Below, in pieces: positions 1 to 8,946 of a stretch of DNA of 61,890 bases (positions are counted from its first letter, which is position 1; the number at the start of each line of letters is the position of its first letter). The stretch is from positions 1-61,890 of the IMG/VR virus record IMGVR_UViG_3300043621_000039, one strand, 5' to 3'. This stretch comes from a virus. Taxonomy: Duplodnaviria > Caudoviricetes. A model generated the notes under the pieces. That model was not told where the DNA came from, searched no databases, and saw only the letters and a list, made by a program, of their open reading frames with translations. The translations under genes were made by a program, and so were the position numbers.

Positions 1-127
1 AGTGGGAGGATCCTAATCCCGGTCTGCCCATGTGGGAGTGGATGGGGGTCGAGCAGCACGAGTACCGCGAGGCCAAGCTTGCGTATCGCCAGGGCGGCTG
101 GAAACGCTGGATGCCGTGCTATCCGGG
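1..127. repeat. Terminal overlap, copy 1 (identical to 61764-61890); circular-assembly overlap
   Basis: The first 127 nt (agtgggaggatcc...ctatccggg) recur exactly at the end, and one ORF reads through the junction in frame. Confidence 0.95.
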
Positions 128-524
128 TGCTTCCGAACTCACCCGGGCGATCCGATCGGCAGGCGCTCAGGTGTGGCTGTGCACCACCAGACCGTACCTC
201 CGGCTCGATAACGTGGACCCGGACACGCGGGAGTGGCTGCGGCGTAACGGGATCGTCTATGACGCTGTGCTGTTCGATCGGCTGGAGACCAAGGGATCCA
301 AGTACCAGGAGCTATACGCACAGGCCGGATCTCGCGTAGCGTGTGTGGTCGATGACCTTCCTGAGATGGTGGAGGCAGCGGCACGGATCTGGTACGCCGA
401 TCGAGTGATCCTCCGAGATCAGCCCTACAACAAGCACTTCCTCTGGCCGCGTCGGGCCAGCAATTTGACTGGTCTACGTGGACAGGTCCTCAACGATCTC
501 AAGATTTGGGAGCAGGAGCAGTGA
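1..524 (+). CDS. HAD-superfamily phosphatase, C-terminal part
   Basis: CTTR (motif II), K (motif III) and VVDDLP (motif IV). Confidence 0.8.
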   Translation, partial: WEDPNPGLPMWEWMGVEQHEYREAKLAYRQGGWKRWMPCYPGASELTRAIRSAGAQVWLCTTRPYLRLDNVDPDTREWLRRNGIVYDAVLFDRLETKGSKYQELYAQAGSRVACVVDDLPEMVEAAARIWYADRVILRDQPYNKHFLWPRRASNLTGLRGQVLNDLKIWEQEQ

Positions 525-526
525 CG

Positions 527-1066
527 ATGGAGTACACGGCAGAGCTAGGTGACGATACGCCGTTGGAGGTCGCGCTCTTCGGTCTGGCTCGCAGCCTACC
601 GGATTGGGTACCGGCGCTCTGGGGCGGCGACCGATTGATCCTGGATCTGGGACCGGGCACCAAATTCATCGCCGGTGTGACGCGTCTGGAGTGGCCGGAC
701 TGGGATGCCGATCGGGATCTTCTGTCGGCCTATCCGACGAACTCCGTGGGCGGCATCTTCTGCATCAACCTGTTGGAGCACCTGGCCGACCCCCGTCCGC
801 TGATTCTGGATATGGGACGGGTGCTGGCTCCCGGCTGCTCCGCCACGATCTTCGTTCCGCACGCTACCTCCAACATGTACCTGCAGGATCTCGACCACAA
901 GACGCCGTTCGTGTTGGATACCTGGAAGAACTTCCTGGATCCACACCCCTTCTATGAGAAGGGCCATGTGCCGGGGCACCGGCTCCGGATTGGCGCCAAC
1001 TTCGTGTTCGGCGTGAAGGATGAGAACGTTGGTATCGTCACCCAGCTCATCAAGGAGGACGCGTGA
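527..1066 (+). CDS. Class I SAM-dependent methyltransferase-like protein
   Basis: LILDLGPG motif I; NLLEHL...RVLAPG; AGGAG RBS before ATG 527. Confidence 0.7.
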   Translation: MEYTAELGDDTPLEVALFGLARSLPDWVPALWGGDRLILDLGPGTKFIAGVTRLEWPDWDADRDLLSAYPTNSVGGIFCINLLEHLADPRPLILDMGRVLAPGCSATIFVPHATSNMYLQDLDHKTPFVLDTWKNFLDPHPFYEKGHVPGHRLRIGANFVFGVKDENVGIVTQLIKEDA

Positions 1067-1749
1067 TGCGGCGGCTGATGATTCTCGGTGGTACGTCTGG
1101 GATCGGTCGGGAGTTCTTTGAGTACACCATGATAGAGAGCTTCCAGTTTGCTGAGGTCAACATCTACGGCCGGGAGGATTTCGACATCCGCGATGAGGCA
1201 GCGCTGCGCGAGGCAATCGCTGCGGCGACCCCTACGGATGTGGTCTATTCCGTTGGGATCAATGAGCTTGACTGGATCAAGGACTTGCACCAGCTGACCT
1301 TCCGCTCGCTGATGGAGGTCAATGTCTGGGGGTTCCTCTCTACGATCCAGCAGCTGCAGGCCGTGCGGACCGGTGTCCCGATGAACGTGGTGGCGGTGAC
1401 CTCTGACGCGGCCTGGCGACCGATGCGGACCTCTGCGGCCTACTGCGCTTCCAAGGCCGCGCTTGAGATGGCGGTCCGGGTCGCATCCCGCGAATTGGCC
1501 GGGATGGGATGGCGCGTGAATGCGGTAGCGCCCGGAAAGGTCGAGGGCACCCCCATGACGCGATACGTGGATCAGCGCGTGCCGGAGGTTCGCGGATGGT
1601 CTGTAGAGGCAGCGGAGACAAAGGAGCTAGGCTCGACTCCATTGGGACGAAAGATCACCAAGCGCGAGGTCGCTGAGGTGATCTTTGCGGTGCTGAACGG
1701 TCCGGCTGCACAGACCGGCGAGATCGTCGCCGTCAATGGTGGGAGGTAA
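1063..1749 (+). CDS. Short-chain dehydrogenase/reductase (FabG-like SDR)
   Basis: GGTSGIG Rossmann motif, YCASK catalytic YxxxK, RVNAVAPG, TGEIVAVNGG. Confidence 0.92.
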   Translation: MMRRLMILGGTSGIGREFFEYTMIESFQFAEVNIYGREDFDIRDEAALREAIAAATPTDVVYSVGINELDWIKDLHQLTFRSLMEVNVWGFLSTIQQLQAVRTGVPMNVVAVTSDAAWRPMRTSAAYCASKAALEMAVRVASRELAGMGWRVNAVAPGKVEGTPMTRYVDQRVPEVRGWSVEAAETKELGSTPLGRKITKREVAEVIFAVLNGPAAQTGEIVAVNGGR

Positions 1750-1753
1750 GCGG

Positions 1754-2173
1754 ATGAGAGCCGCGCAGCGTATCACGGTCCGGCTGGTCCAGGAGTTCAT
1801 CGAGCAATTCCTGGAGAAGAACAAGGACTACACCTCCAAGCCGATGCCAGGGTTCCCGGAAGGCTTCGAGAACGCAGACGTACTTGGGATCCAGGGCCAG
1901 TTCGCCGAGCTATGGCGGAAGATCTGGAAGCTCCGCAAGTCGCTGTGGGAGGGCGAGGAGTTGGTTGGGGAGCAGCCGCGTGAGGTTCTGATGGATCTCA
2001 TCGGGCACTGCTTCCTGGCCATCGACATGATCGACCGCGCGGTTGAAGAGAAGCGGTCCAACACACCGGTCAAGCTGAACGAGACCCCCATTTCCTGTGG
2101 TAGCAAGTGCGTCGGAGATAGCCACTCCTATGTTGGAAGCTGCCTGTATCGCCAGGAAGAACCTAGGCCATGA
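1754..2173 (+). CDS. Nucleotide-modification-associated domain 1 (DUF1599)-like, all-alpha NTP pyrophosphohydrolase-like protein
   Basis: FLEKNKDY ... GIQGQFAELWRKIWKL ... EVLMDLIGHCFL matches the KNxDY / KxxRL / DLxxY pattern. Confidence 0.6.
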   Translation: MRAAQRITVRLVQEFIEQFLEKNKDYTSKPMPGFPEGFENADVLGIQGQFAELWRKIWKLRKSLWEGEELVGEQPREVLMDLIGHCFLAIDMIDRAVEEKRSNTPVKLNETPISCGSKCVGDSHSYVGSCLYRQEEPRP

Positions 2174-2745
2174 TGCTGGCAGAGATCTATGACGCGTACC
2201 GGGAGGACTCCAAGTTTGACCACCTCCGGCGAGACGGGGTGCCGCTAGTCCCGGGTGAGGGCAGCGCCAATCCTAAGGTGCTGATCGTGGGTGAGGCACC
2301 CGGAGCGGTGGAGAACGTGCAAAAACGGCCCTTCGTTGGAGCTAGCGGTGTTGCACTACGGTCCCTGATCTCTGACGTAGCCGGACTGGAGCCGGAAGAC
2401 TACTTCATCACCAACACGGTGAAGTACTGGCCGGGACCTGGGAACCGGACGCCGGACTGGCAAGAGGTCGAGGCCTCCACTCCGTACCTCCGCGAGGAGT
2501 ACATTGCGCTTTGCTGCCCGCCGGTGATCCTCGCTGCGGGCAGCGTGGCGCTCTCCGTCTTCCGGCCGGAGGGCGAGACTCGCAGTATCCTGCAATGCGC
2601 CGGTAAGCCGATCTCTCTCAAGGGCAGTCGGACGCTTTGGCCGATGGTGCATCCTGCGTACGCGCTGCACCACAAGCCGTATCGTGACACGATGGAGGGG
2701 CACTGGGAGACCTTCGGTGCCTGGTTCAGGAAGGAGTTCTGGTGA
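2170..2745 (+). CDS. Uracil-DNA glycosylase family 4-like protein, lacking the Fe-S cysteines
   Basis: VGEAPG, PFVGASG, ITNTVK, HPAY motifs. Confidence 0.85.
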   Translation: MMLAEIYDAYREDSKFDHLRRDGVPLVPGEGSANPKVLIVGEAPGAVENVQKRPFVGASGVALRSLISDVAGLEPEDYFITNTVKYWPGPGNRTPDWQEVEASTPYLREEYIALCCPPVILAAGSVALSVFRPEGETRSILQCAGKPISLKGSRTLWPMVHPAYALHHKPYRDTMEGHWETFGAWFRKEFW

Positions 2746-3092
2746 GCGACTACGAATGGATTCCCGCTCCTGAAACCAGGCGTTTGGGACAGGGCCGACT
2801 TCGGCTCAGCCCTGAGGAGGTCAAGTGGATCCAGCTCAAGTGGGAAAAGATCCGCAAGTCCCAGCAGATCGCTGACGAAGCCAGTAACCGCTGGAACCGT
2901 CTGAACGGCGAGATCAACCGCTGGATGGATGATACCGGCATCATCGATATCGTGCAGCGGACTTCTACCAAGTCCAAATCCCTCCCGCTCAGGGATGCGC
3001 TGGAGACCGGTAAGTGGCATGCGGCGGAGTCCCAGCGTCACATCGATGACCTGAACCTCTTCCTGCGGCTGAAAGAGTTGGAGGTTCTGTGA
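2742..3092 (+). CDS. Hypothetical protein
   Basis: GTGA overlaps with both neighbours; AAGGAG RBS. Confidence 0.7.
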   Translation: MSDYEWIPAPETRRLGQGRLRLSPEEVKWIQLKWEKIRKSQQIADEASNRWNRLNGEINRWMDDTGIIDIVQRTSTKSKSLPLRDALETGKWHAAESQRHIDDLNLFLRLKELEVL

Positions 3093-3640
3093 TGTGGAAC
3101 GATCGGATGATCCTCGATGCGTTGAAGGGTGACCCGCCAATCGTCTACACGCCGGATCTGGTGGAGCAGCGCTACGGCCCCATCATGGAGCGCCAGGTCC
3201 AGCCGTGCTCTCTGGACGTCCGGATCGGTGAGGAGTTCATCCATCACCCGTCCGGCGAGCGGGTAGAGCTGGATGAGTTCTTCGCCTTCACGCTGCTGCC
3301 CGGTGAGTGCGTCCTGGCTAGCGTCCTGGAGCGGATGAACCTGCCGTCGCACGTCGCGGCGCGGATCGAGGGCAAGTCAACCTGGGCAAGGGAATTCCTC
3401 ACGGTCCACTCCGCCGGATTCATTGATGCGGGGTTCTGCGGCGACATCACGCTGGAGCTCAAGAACGATGGCCGGAAGGTCCTGGTTCTCAAGCCGGGTG
3501 ACGTCATCGCTCAGCTGTCGTTTCTGAACCTAGACGCACCGGCCGAGCGCCCGTACGGTAGTCCCGGGCTGGACTCCCACTATCAGGGTCAGGAGGGGGC
3601 AACGCCGTCATGGCGATCCGTATCAAGCGTTGGCGATTGA
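3089..3640 (+). CDS. dcd: dCTP deaminase
   Basis: VQPCSLDVRIG, RIEGKSTWAR, AGFIDAGFCGDITLEL, YQGQ. Confidence 0.93.
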   Translation: MMWNDRMILDALKGDPPIVYTPDLVEQRYGPIMERQVQPCSLDVRIGEEFIHHPSGERVELDEFFAFTLLPGECVLASVLERMNLPSHVAARIEGKSTWAREFLTVHSAGFIDAGFCGDITLELKNDGRKVLVLKPGDVIAQLSFLNLDAPAERPYGSPGLDSHYQGQEGATPSWRSVSSVGD

Positions 3641-3801
3641 TGAAGATGAACCACCATACCTGGGTTGAGGTTTCGCTGACACCGCAGGAGGGGAAGCGGC
3701 ACTACTGGACCCGTAAGGGAGCGCTCGACCAGCAACTGCGGCTGAACGCCAGTATGCTGGCCTGCAACCAGAAGTGGCGTTACTTCGTCCGGCTGCGATG
3801 A
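3640..3801 (+). CDS. Small hypothetical protein
   Basis: TGATG coupling to dcd. Confidence 0.45.
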   Translation: MKMNHHTWVEVSLTPQEGKRHYWTRKGALDQQLRLNASMLACNQKWRYFVRLR

Positions 3802-4055
3802 TCTGCCGGCTGTTCCAAAGATGTTGCGACTGCGGCGGATGGCTCTGTCTCGTCTGGATATTTGGCGATGAAGAGCGCGAGCACCGGAGGTTCTGCGGCA
3901 AATGAAATGCGAACACTGCGGCAAGGCCCTGGTTGAGGTCGATAACCCGATGCGTCGTGAGGTCCGCCATCGGCGCGGTGAAGAAGTCAGTTGCCCGGAG
4001 TGGAGGCGGGTGAACGCTATATCGGCAGATTCATCATCAGAGTAGTCTTCAGGTC

Positions 4056-4451
4056 ATGGCGACGAATGATGCTGAATACCAAAGACGTCACAAGAAGGTT
4101 CGCGGGCTGCGAGGTTTGGCCAATCAGCATAATTGTCAATGCGGCAAACGCGCCTGTGACTGGTCGCATATCCATGGGACTAATCCGGAGGAGGTCGAGA
4201 ACTATCAGCCGATGTGCCGCTCATGCCACCAGAAGTATGACTTGCCGGATGAGGTCAAGGCGCGCCAGTTAGCGGAGCGGCAAAGGGTTGAGTCGACTCC
4301 GGTATTCAAGGGCTGGAGTCCGGAGCGCAGAGAGGCTCAACGGCAGAGGATGCTAAAGAAGTGGTCCGATCCCGAAGCGAAAGCGCGGCAGTCAGAGCGA
4401 GCCTCGCGCGACAAGCCCTGGACGGGCAGATGGGGGGTGCCCGGTGATTGA
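4056..4451 (+). CDS. HNH endonuclease-like protein with NUMOD3-like C-terminus
   Basis: CQCGKRACDWSH...ENYQPMCRSCHQKYD; C-terminal SPERREAQ/SDPEAKARQS. Confidence 0.7.
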   Translation: MATNDAEYQRRHKKVRGLRGLANQHNCQCGKRACDWSHIHGTNPEEVENYQPMCRSCHQKYDLPDEVKARQLAERQRVESTPVFKGWSPERREAQRQRMLKKWSDPEAKARQSERASRDKPWTGRWGVPGD

Positions 4452-4458
4452 GAAGCAT

Positions 4459-5368
4459 ATGAAGTTTGTGAGCATCCATCACCACAATTAGCACGTTCTC
4501 GTATCTCGATGCGCTCGGTACGCCTGCCGAGCATGCGCAGATTGCTGCCGAATACGGCATGACGGCTCTCGCCGAGACAAACCATGGCAACACCTCCGGG
4601 CACGTACAGCACGAGAAGGCCTGTAACCGAGCGGGTATCAAGCCACTCTTCGGTCTGGAGGCCTACACTGCGACCGGCGAGCAGGAGGCGCGGAAGTTCC
4701 ACCAGACGATCCTGGCGATGAACCAGGACGGCCTGGCGAATCTCTATCGGATGGTGAGCGAATCCTGGAAGGCGTTCTACAAATGGCCAACGGTGACAGG
4801 GAAGAACTTCGCCCAGTACCAGGAAGGTCTCATTGCGACATCGGGCTGTGCAGATTCGCTACTCAGCTGCAGCTTACTTGGTGGGAAATCAATCCCACCG
4901 GAAGACGCCAGTTGGGAGCGTGCCCTGGATGTGGCAGGCCGCTTCAAGGACCTGATGGGGGACCGGTACTACCTGGAGTGCCAGATCTTCCCGGAGCTGC
5001 CCCGTGCCCTGGAGCTCAATGCCTCTTGGGAGAGGATGGGCCGGGAATTGGGTGTCCCGCTCGTTGCCACGTGCGATGTCCATACCCCTGAGCCTGGACT
5101 GCATAAGGTCCGCGCTACCCTACACGCAGCCGGGCGAGGCTCCGCAACGATCGCCCAACAAATGGAGGGCTGGGAGTATGAGGTCCCGGACTACATACCA
5201 CGCTCCGATGCGGAGGTTTATGAGCGGCTGTGTCGTGCCGGGCTATCGCCATCTGCGGCGGCAGAGGCGTGCCGGAACACGGCCGCCATTGCGGAGAGAT
5301 GCAACGTAGTCCTGCCCAAGGCTCCCCGTTTCGAGTACCCCGCAACCGCAGAGGAGATGAAGTGGTGA
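4459..5368 (+). CDS. dnaE: DnaE PHP domain as a separate gene; reading frame broken at 4486-4491
   Basis: MKFVSIHHH-N-stop, then STFSYLDALGTP in the +1 frame; downstream ETNHG, GLEAY, TSGC, YYLE, ATCDVH. Confidence 0.85.
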
Positions 5369-5571
5369 AGTATCTGGCATGGGCTCCAAGGGTCGAGGGC
5401 CGACCGTACAGCGAAAAGGTAGATGACGCGGTCCGGGAGTCGGCTGGATTCCTGCTGGATTCCAAGTATCCGTTGCCCGGATGGGTCGCCGGTAACCGCT
5501 TGGGCGGCCAGCTGACGATGAGCAGCGAGCGCTTTCCTGGATCCGTAGCGGTCTGGGTCTGGGAGGCCTGA
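5365..5571 (+). CDS. Small hypothetical protein between the dnaE halves
   Basis: GTGA overlap; GAGGAG upstream. Confidence 0.5.
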   Translation: MKYLAWAPRVEGRPYSEKVDDAVRESAGFLLDSKYPLPGWVAGNRLGGQLTMSSERFPGSVAVWVWEA

Positions 5572-5664
5572 ATGATCAAGGAAGAGAGACAACTGTTGGC
5601 GTATATGGCTTTCCTCTTCCTGTTGGCGCTGGGTTGCTTCATCCTAGCAGGGCTGATAGCATGA
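5572..5664 (+). CDS. 30-aa single-TM membrane protein between the dnaE halves
   Basis: MIKEERQLLAYMAFLFLLALGCFILAGLIA; GGAGG RBS; ATGA overlap with the next gene. Confidence 0.5.
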   Translation: MIKEERQLLAYMAFLFLLALGCFILAGLIA

Positions 5665-7955
5665 GCACGCCGATCGAGCCGGTTGAACTCCTCTGGGCGT
5701 GGCTGCGGGAGGGCTGGAAGTACCGAGTCAGCCAGGGGTGGGACCCGGCTCGCAACGGCGTAGAGAACTACGTGCAGCAGATCAACGCTGAGATGGATCT
5801 CATTGTTCCCAAGGGATTCGTCTCGTACTTCCTCATGGTGTCGGATGGGATCCGCTGGGCGAAGGATCACGGCATTGCGGTCGGTCCGGGTCGTGGTTCG
5901 TCCGCCGCGTCGGTCTGCTGCTGGCTACTTCGTATCACCGAGCCAGACCCACTCGACTTCCCGCTGACGGACTTCTCCCGCTTCATCGACCCCACCCGTG
6001 AGGACCTGCCTGACATCGACGTGGACTTTGAGGATGAGCGCCGGCACGAGGTCCGCGCTTACTTTGAGGCCAAGTACGGCAGGGATTACGTTGGCAACAT
6101 TGGCACCTTCACCAAGTACAAGGGGAAGAACTCCCTGAAGGACGTCCAGGTGGTGCACCGGGCGGAGCAGGGTCCGGCGTTCCGCTCTGACATTGAGCGG
6201 CTGAAGGGGATGCTGGTGGAGCGCTCGGGCGGTGACTCCCGCGCGGACGCGGCCCTGATGGATACTATCCAGATGTTCGAGGGTGCACAGGAGATCTTCG
6301 CCAAATACCCAGAAGAGATTGGGATTGCGGTCACGCTGGAGGGCAACTACCGCTCGATGTCGACGCACTCCGCCGGTGTCGTCGTCACAACGCAGCCGAT
6401 CGCTGAGATCACCGCGCAGTACACACGGGTCGTGAAGGGCCGCGAGATCACTGCGGTTGCGGTCGACAAGTATGATGCCGAGTACCTCAACCTGATGAAG
6501 ATGGATCTGCTTGGGCTGACTACTATGGGGATGCTGGCGAAGGCCCTGCGGTTCGCCGGGATGACGCTGGAGGAACTGTACCGGCTCCCGCTCGATGACC
6601 CGGCGACGATCGCTGCATTCCACGCCAATGACGTGATCGGCATCTTCCAGTTCGAAGGTCGTGCCACCCGGCTGGTGGGTCGAGATTTGCGGCCTGACAA
6701 CATATTCGAGCTGATCGACGTGAACGCGCTCTCCCGGCCTGGACCGCTCTTCTCCGGTACCACAGCCGAGTACATCAAGGTGAAGCACGGTGAGATGGAG
6801 CCTTCCCCGCTGCACCCGGTGATCGATAAGATTGCTGAGCAGACCAAGGGCCAGATCATCTACCAGGAGCAGATTCTCCATGCCCTCGCACAGTTTGGTG
6901 GTCTCCCGGTCCGGAAGGTGCACGACATCCGCCGGATCATCTCCAAAAAACTGGGCGAGGCTGCCTTCAACTCCTCCTTCGAAGCGTTCGCGGAAGGTGC
7001 CGCGTCGCTGCATGGTGCGTCGCGTGAGCTATCGCAGGAGGTCTGGGGCCGGGTCGTGACGTCCGCGTCCTATGCGTTCGTCTACTCGCACTCGCTGGCC
7101 TACACCATCATCGGGTACTGGTCGCAGTACATGAAAGTCAATCACCCCACCGCTTTCTACGCAGCACAGCTCTCCAAGATCAAGCAGGATAAGTGGCCCA
7201 AGCTGATCCGCGACGCGGAGGCGCACGGGGTGCGGGTCGAGGGCGTGGACCTCAAGCACTCCGGCGATACCTGGGCGCCCACGCCGGACGGCCGTGTGGT
7301 GGCAGGGTTCCTGCAGCTGGAGGGCGTAGGACCGGCGCTCTCCGTCACCATCATGGAGGACCGCGAAGCGCGCGGGCCGTTCCGGAACGCCCAGGACCTG
7401 TTGCGGGTCAAGGGAATCGGGGAGGCCAAGCTAGCCAAGATGATCCCGCAGATCGAGGGGGATGACCCGTTCGGGCTGTTGCGGGTCAAACTATCCCTGG
7501 ACTCCGTCCGCGAGGCAATCGCCAACCGGTCGATCCCGCTCCCGGTTCCGAACGCGGACAGCGACAAGATCCTGGACGCCAAGGCTGACAGCACGATCTA
7601 CTTCGTGGGGATGGTAAAGCTCAAGGAATACAAGGATGTCCTGGAGGATGAGCGCTCCCGGACCGGTGACGATATGGAGACGATCCGCGCTCGCGTCAAG
7701 CGTCCGGACCTGGCGACCTCCTGCGTGCTGCACTCCTATGACGACGGTGGGGAGGATGTGTACGTCCGTATCACCCGGTATGACTTCCCCAAGTACCGCA
7801 AGGCTCTGGAAGAGATCCGGGAGGACCTGGACGTGATCTGGGTGGAGGCGCGGAAGTCCTCCGGTGGGTTCGGAGCCTCCATCTACGTCAAGCGGCTGAT
7901 TGTAATCGATCCAGAGGATGACGATGAGGAGAACGAAGATGACGATGGTACCTAG
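5661..7955 (+). CDS. dnaE: DNA polymerase III alpha (DnaE) catalytic part
   Basis: VGPGRGSSAAS, PDIDVDF, HSAGVV, KMDLLGL, GIFQFE, YQEQI, YAFVYSHS. Confidence 0.96.
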   Translation: MSTPIEPVELLWAWLREGWKYRVSQGWDPARNGVENYVQQINAEMDLIVPKGFVSYFLMVSDGIRWAKDHGIAVGPGRGSSAASVCCWLLRITEPDPLDFPLTDFSRFIDPTREDLPDIDVDFEDERRHEVRAYFEAKYGRDYVGNIGTFTKYKGKNSLKDVQVVHRAEQGPAFRSDIERLKGMLVERSGGDSRADAALMDTIQMFEGAQEIFAKYPEEIGIAVTLEGNYRSMSTHSAGVVVTTQPIAEITAQYTRVVKGREITAVAVDKYDAEYLNLMKMDLLGLTTMGMLAKALRFAGMTLEELYRLPLDDPATIAAFHANDVIGIFQFEGRATRLVGRDLRPDNIFELIDVNALSRPGPLFSGTTAEYIKVKHGEMEPSPLHPVIDKIAEQTKGQIIYQEQILHALAQFGGLPVRKVHDIRRIISKKLGEAAFNSSFEAFAEGAASLHGASRELSQEVWGRVVTSASYAFVYSHSLAYTIIGYWSQYMKVNHPTAFYAAQLSKIKQDKWPKLIRDAEAHGVRVEGVDLKHSGDTWAPTPDGRVVAGFLQLEGVGPALSVTIMEDREARGPFRNAQDLLRVKGIGEAKLAKMIPQIEGDDPFGLLRVKLSLDSVREAIANRSIPLPVPNADSDKILDAKADSTIYFVGMVKLKEYKDVLEDERSRTGDDMETIRARVKRPDLATSCVLHSYDDGGEDVYVRITRYDFPKYRKALEEIREDLDVIWVEARKSSGGFGASIYVKRLIVIDPEDDDEENEDDDGT

Positions 7956-7956
7956 G

Positions 7957-8163
7957 ATGAGTGACGAGAACTGGGACCTGACACCGTTGCAGCACCTGGA
8001 TCGAGCCGATGAGTTGCTGGAGGTGATACCGGTCGCCGGTGACGTCATCGAGCACCATCTGCAGGTGATCTACCTCGCAGCTCGACACTCCACACTCGCG
8101 GTTGTGAAGTACGGCCGGAGCACTATCGGCAGTAGTTCTGGATCGGATAACCTCGACACCTAA
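7957..8163 (+). CDS. Hypothetical protein
   Basis: ORF filling the gap in the operon. Confidence 0.5.
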   Translation: MSDENWDLTPLQHLDRADELLEVIPVAGDVIEHHLQVIYLAARHSTLAVVKYGRSTIGSSSGSDNLDT

Positions 8164-8174
8164 GGAGGGACCAA

Positions 8175-8723
8175 ATGGCAAGATTTCCCGATCGTCGGCA
8201 TTGGGACGGTAGAACTGTTCACGTCACCACCAATACCTATGCCGACCGCCGGAGCGTGGAAGCCGGCATGACGCCGGAGACTGCAGGAGCGCTGGCAAAC
8301 CTGCTGCGTTCCCATACCGGTCTGGCGAACCTGCTGAGCCCGTTGCCGGATGAACTGCAGGAGCTGATGGTGGCGCTCGACTACGTCATGGTGGCCGACC
8401 CGTCATCGGTCGCCGCGCACCGGCGCATGGAGGCCTCAAAGGGCATGGATCCCGCTGAGTCCAATCCTCCGGCGCTTCCGCGACCGTTACGGGATACCGA
8501 CACCATCCGGACGATTCCGCACCGCTACGTGGAAGCTAGCCGGGCGGGGCACTGTGGTCACGAACTTGAGAATGGTTCGCTGTGCTCGGCTCGACCGCAG
8601 GATCACGAGGGGTACGAGGAACCGACCGACCCAGGGCTGCGGGCGCTGCGGAAGCGGCGGACGACGGAGGCCGGGCAACGGCTCGGCACCCGATACGGAC
8701 CAACAGGAGAGTTCTATGGGTAA
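8175..8723 (+). CDS. Hypothetical protein
   Basis: Strong RBS TAAGGAGG. Confidence 0.7.
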   Translation: MARFPDRRHWDGRTVHVTTNTYADRRSVEAGMTPETAGALANLLRSHTGLANLLSPLPDELQELMVALDYVMVADPSSVAAHRRMEASKGMDPAESNPPALPRPLRDTDTIRTIPHRYVEASRAGHCGHELENGSLCSARPQDHEGYEEPTDPGLRALRKRRTTEAGQRLGTRYGPTGEFYG

Positions 8724-8946
8724 TCCAGAGCGTGACTGGGGTCGGCCGTCCTGGCCGACCGGTGGTGGAGGCTCGGGCCGGAAGGGTCCGAAGATCACCT
8801 ACCACGGCGGAGCCAAACCGCCCAAGAAGGGCTCAGGCAGCTCCGGCAACAGCTTCATCGCGTTCGCCGCTCTGTTGGTGGGAACGCCAGCCCTGATAAT
8901 CCTCTTCATCATCGGGTATCTACTTCACGGGAACGGTGTGGTATGA
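8716..8946 (+). CDS. Small membrane protein, paralog 1
   Basis: GGAKPPKK, one TM helix, GYLLHGNGVV. Confidence 0.7.
   Translation: MGNPERDWGRPSWPTGGGGSGRKGPKITYHGGAKPPKKGSGSSGNSFIAFAALLVGTPALIILFIIGYLLHGNGVV

Noticed and set aside
4489-4491. TAG reassignment or amber suppression in dnaE
   Set aside because: Readthrough stays in the wrong frame (HVLVSR...), and many genes end normally at TAG
4040-4491. Group I intron containing the HNH gene
   Set aside because: The natural PHP N-terminus lies downstream of the HNH gene, so no upstream exon is needed; no intron core was recognised
5300-5700. Split intein joining the DnaE halves
   Set aside because: No C/S-start intein block or HN-C/S/T junction is visible
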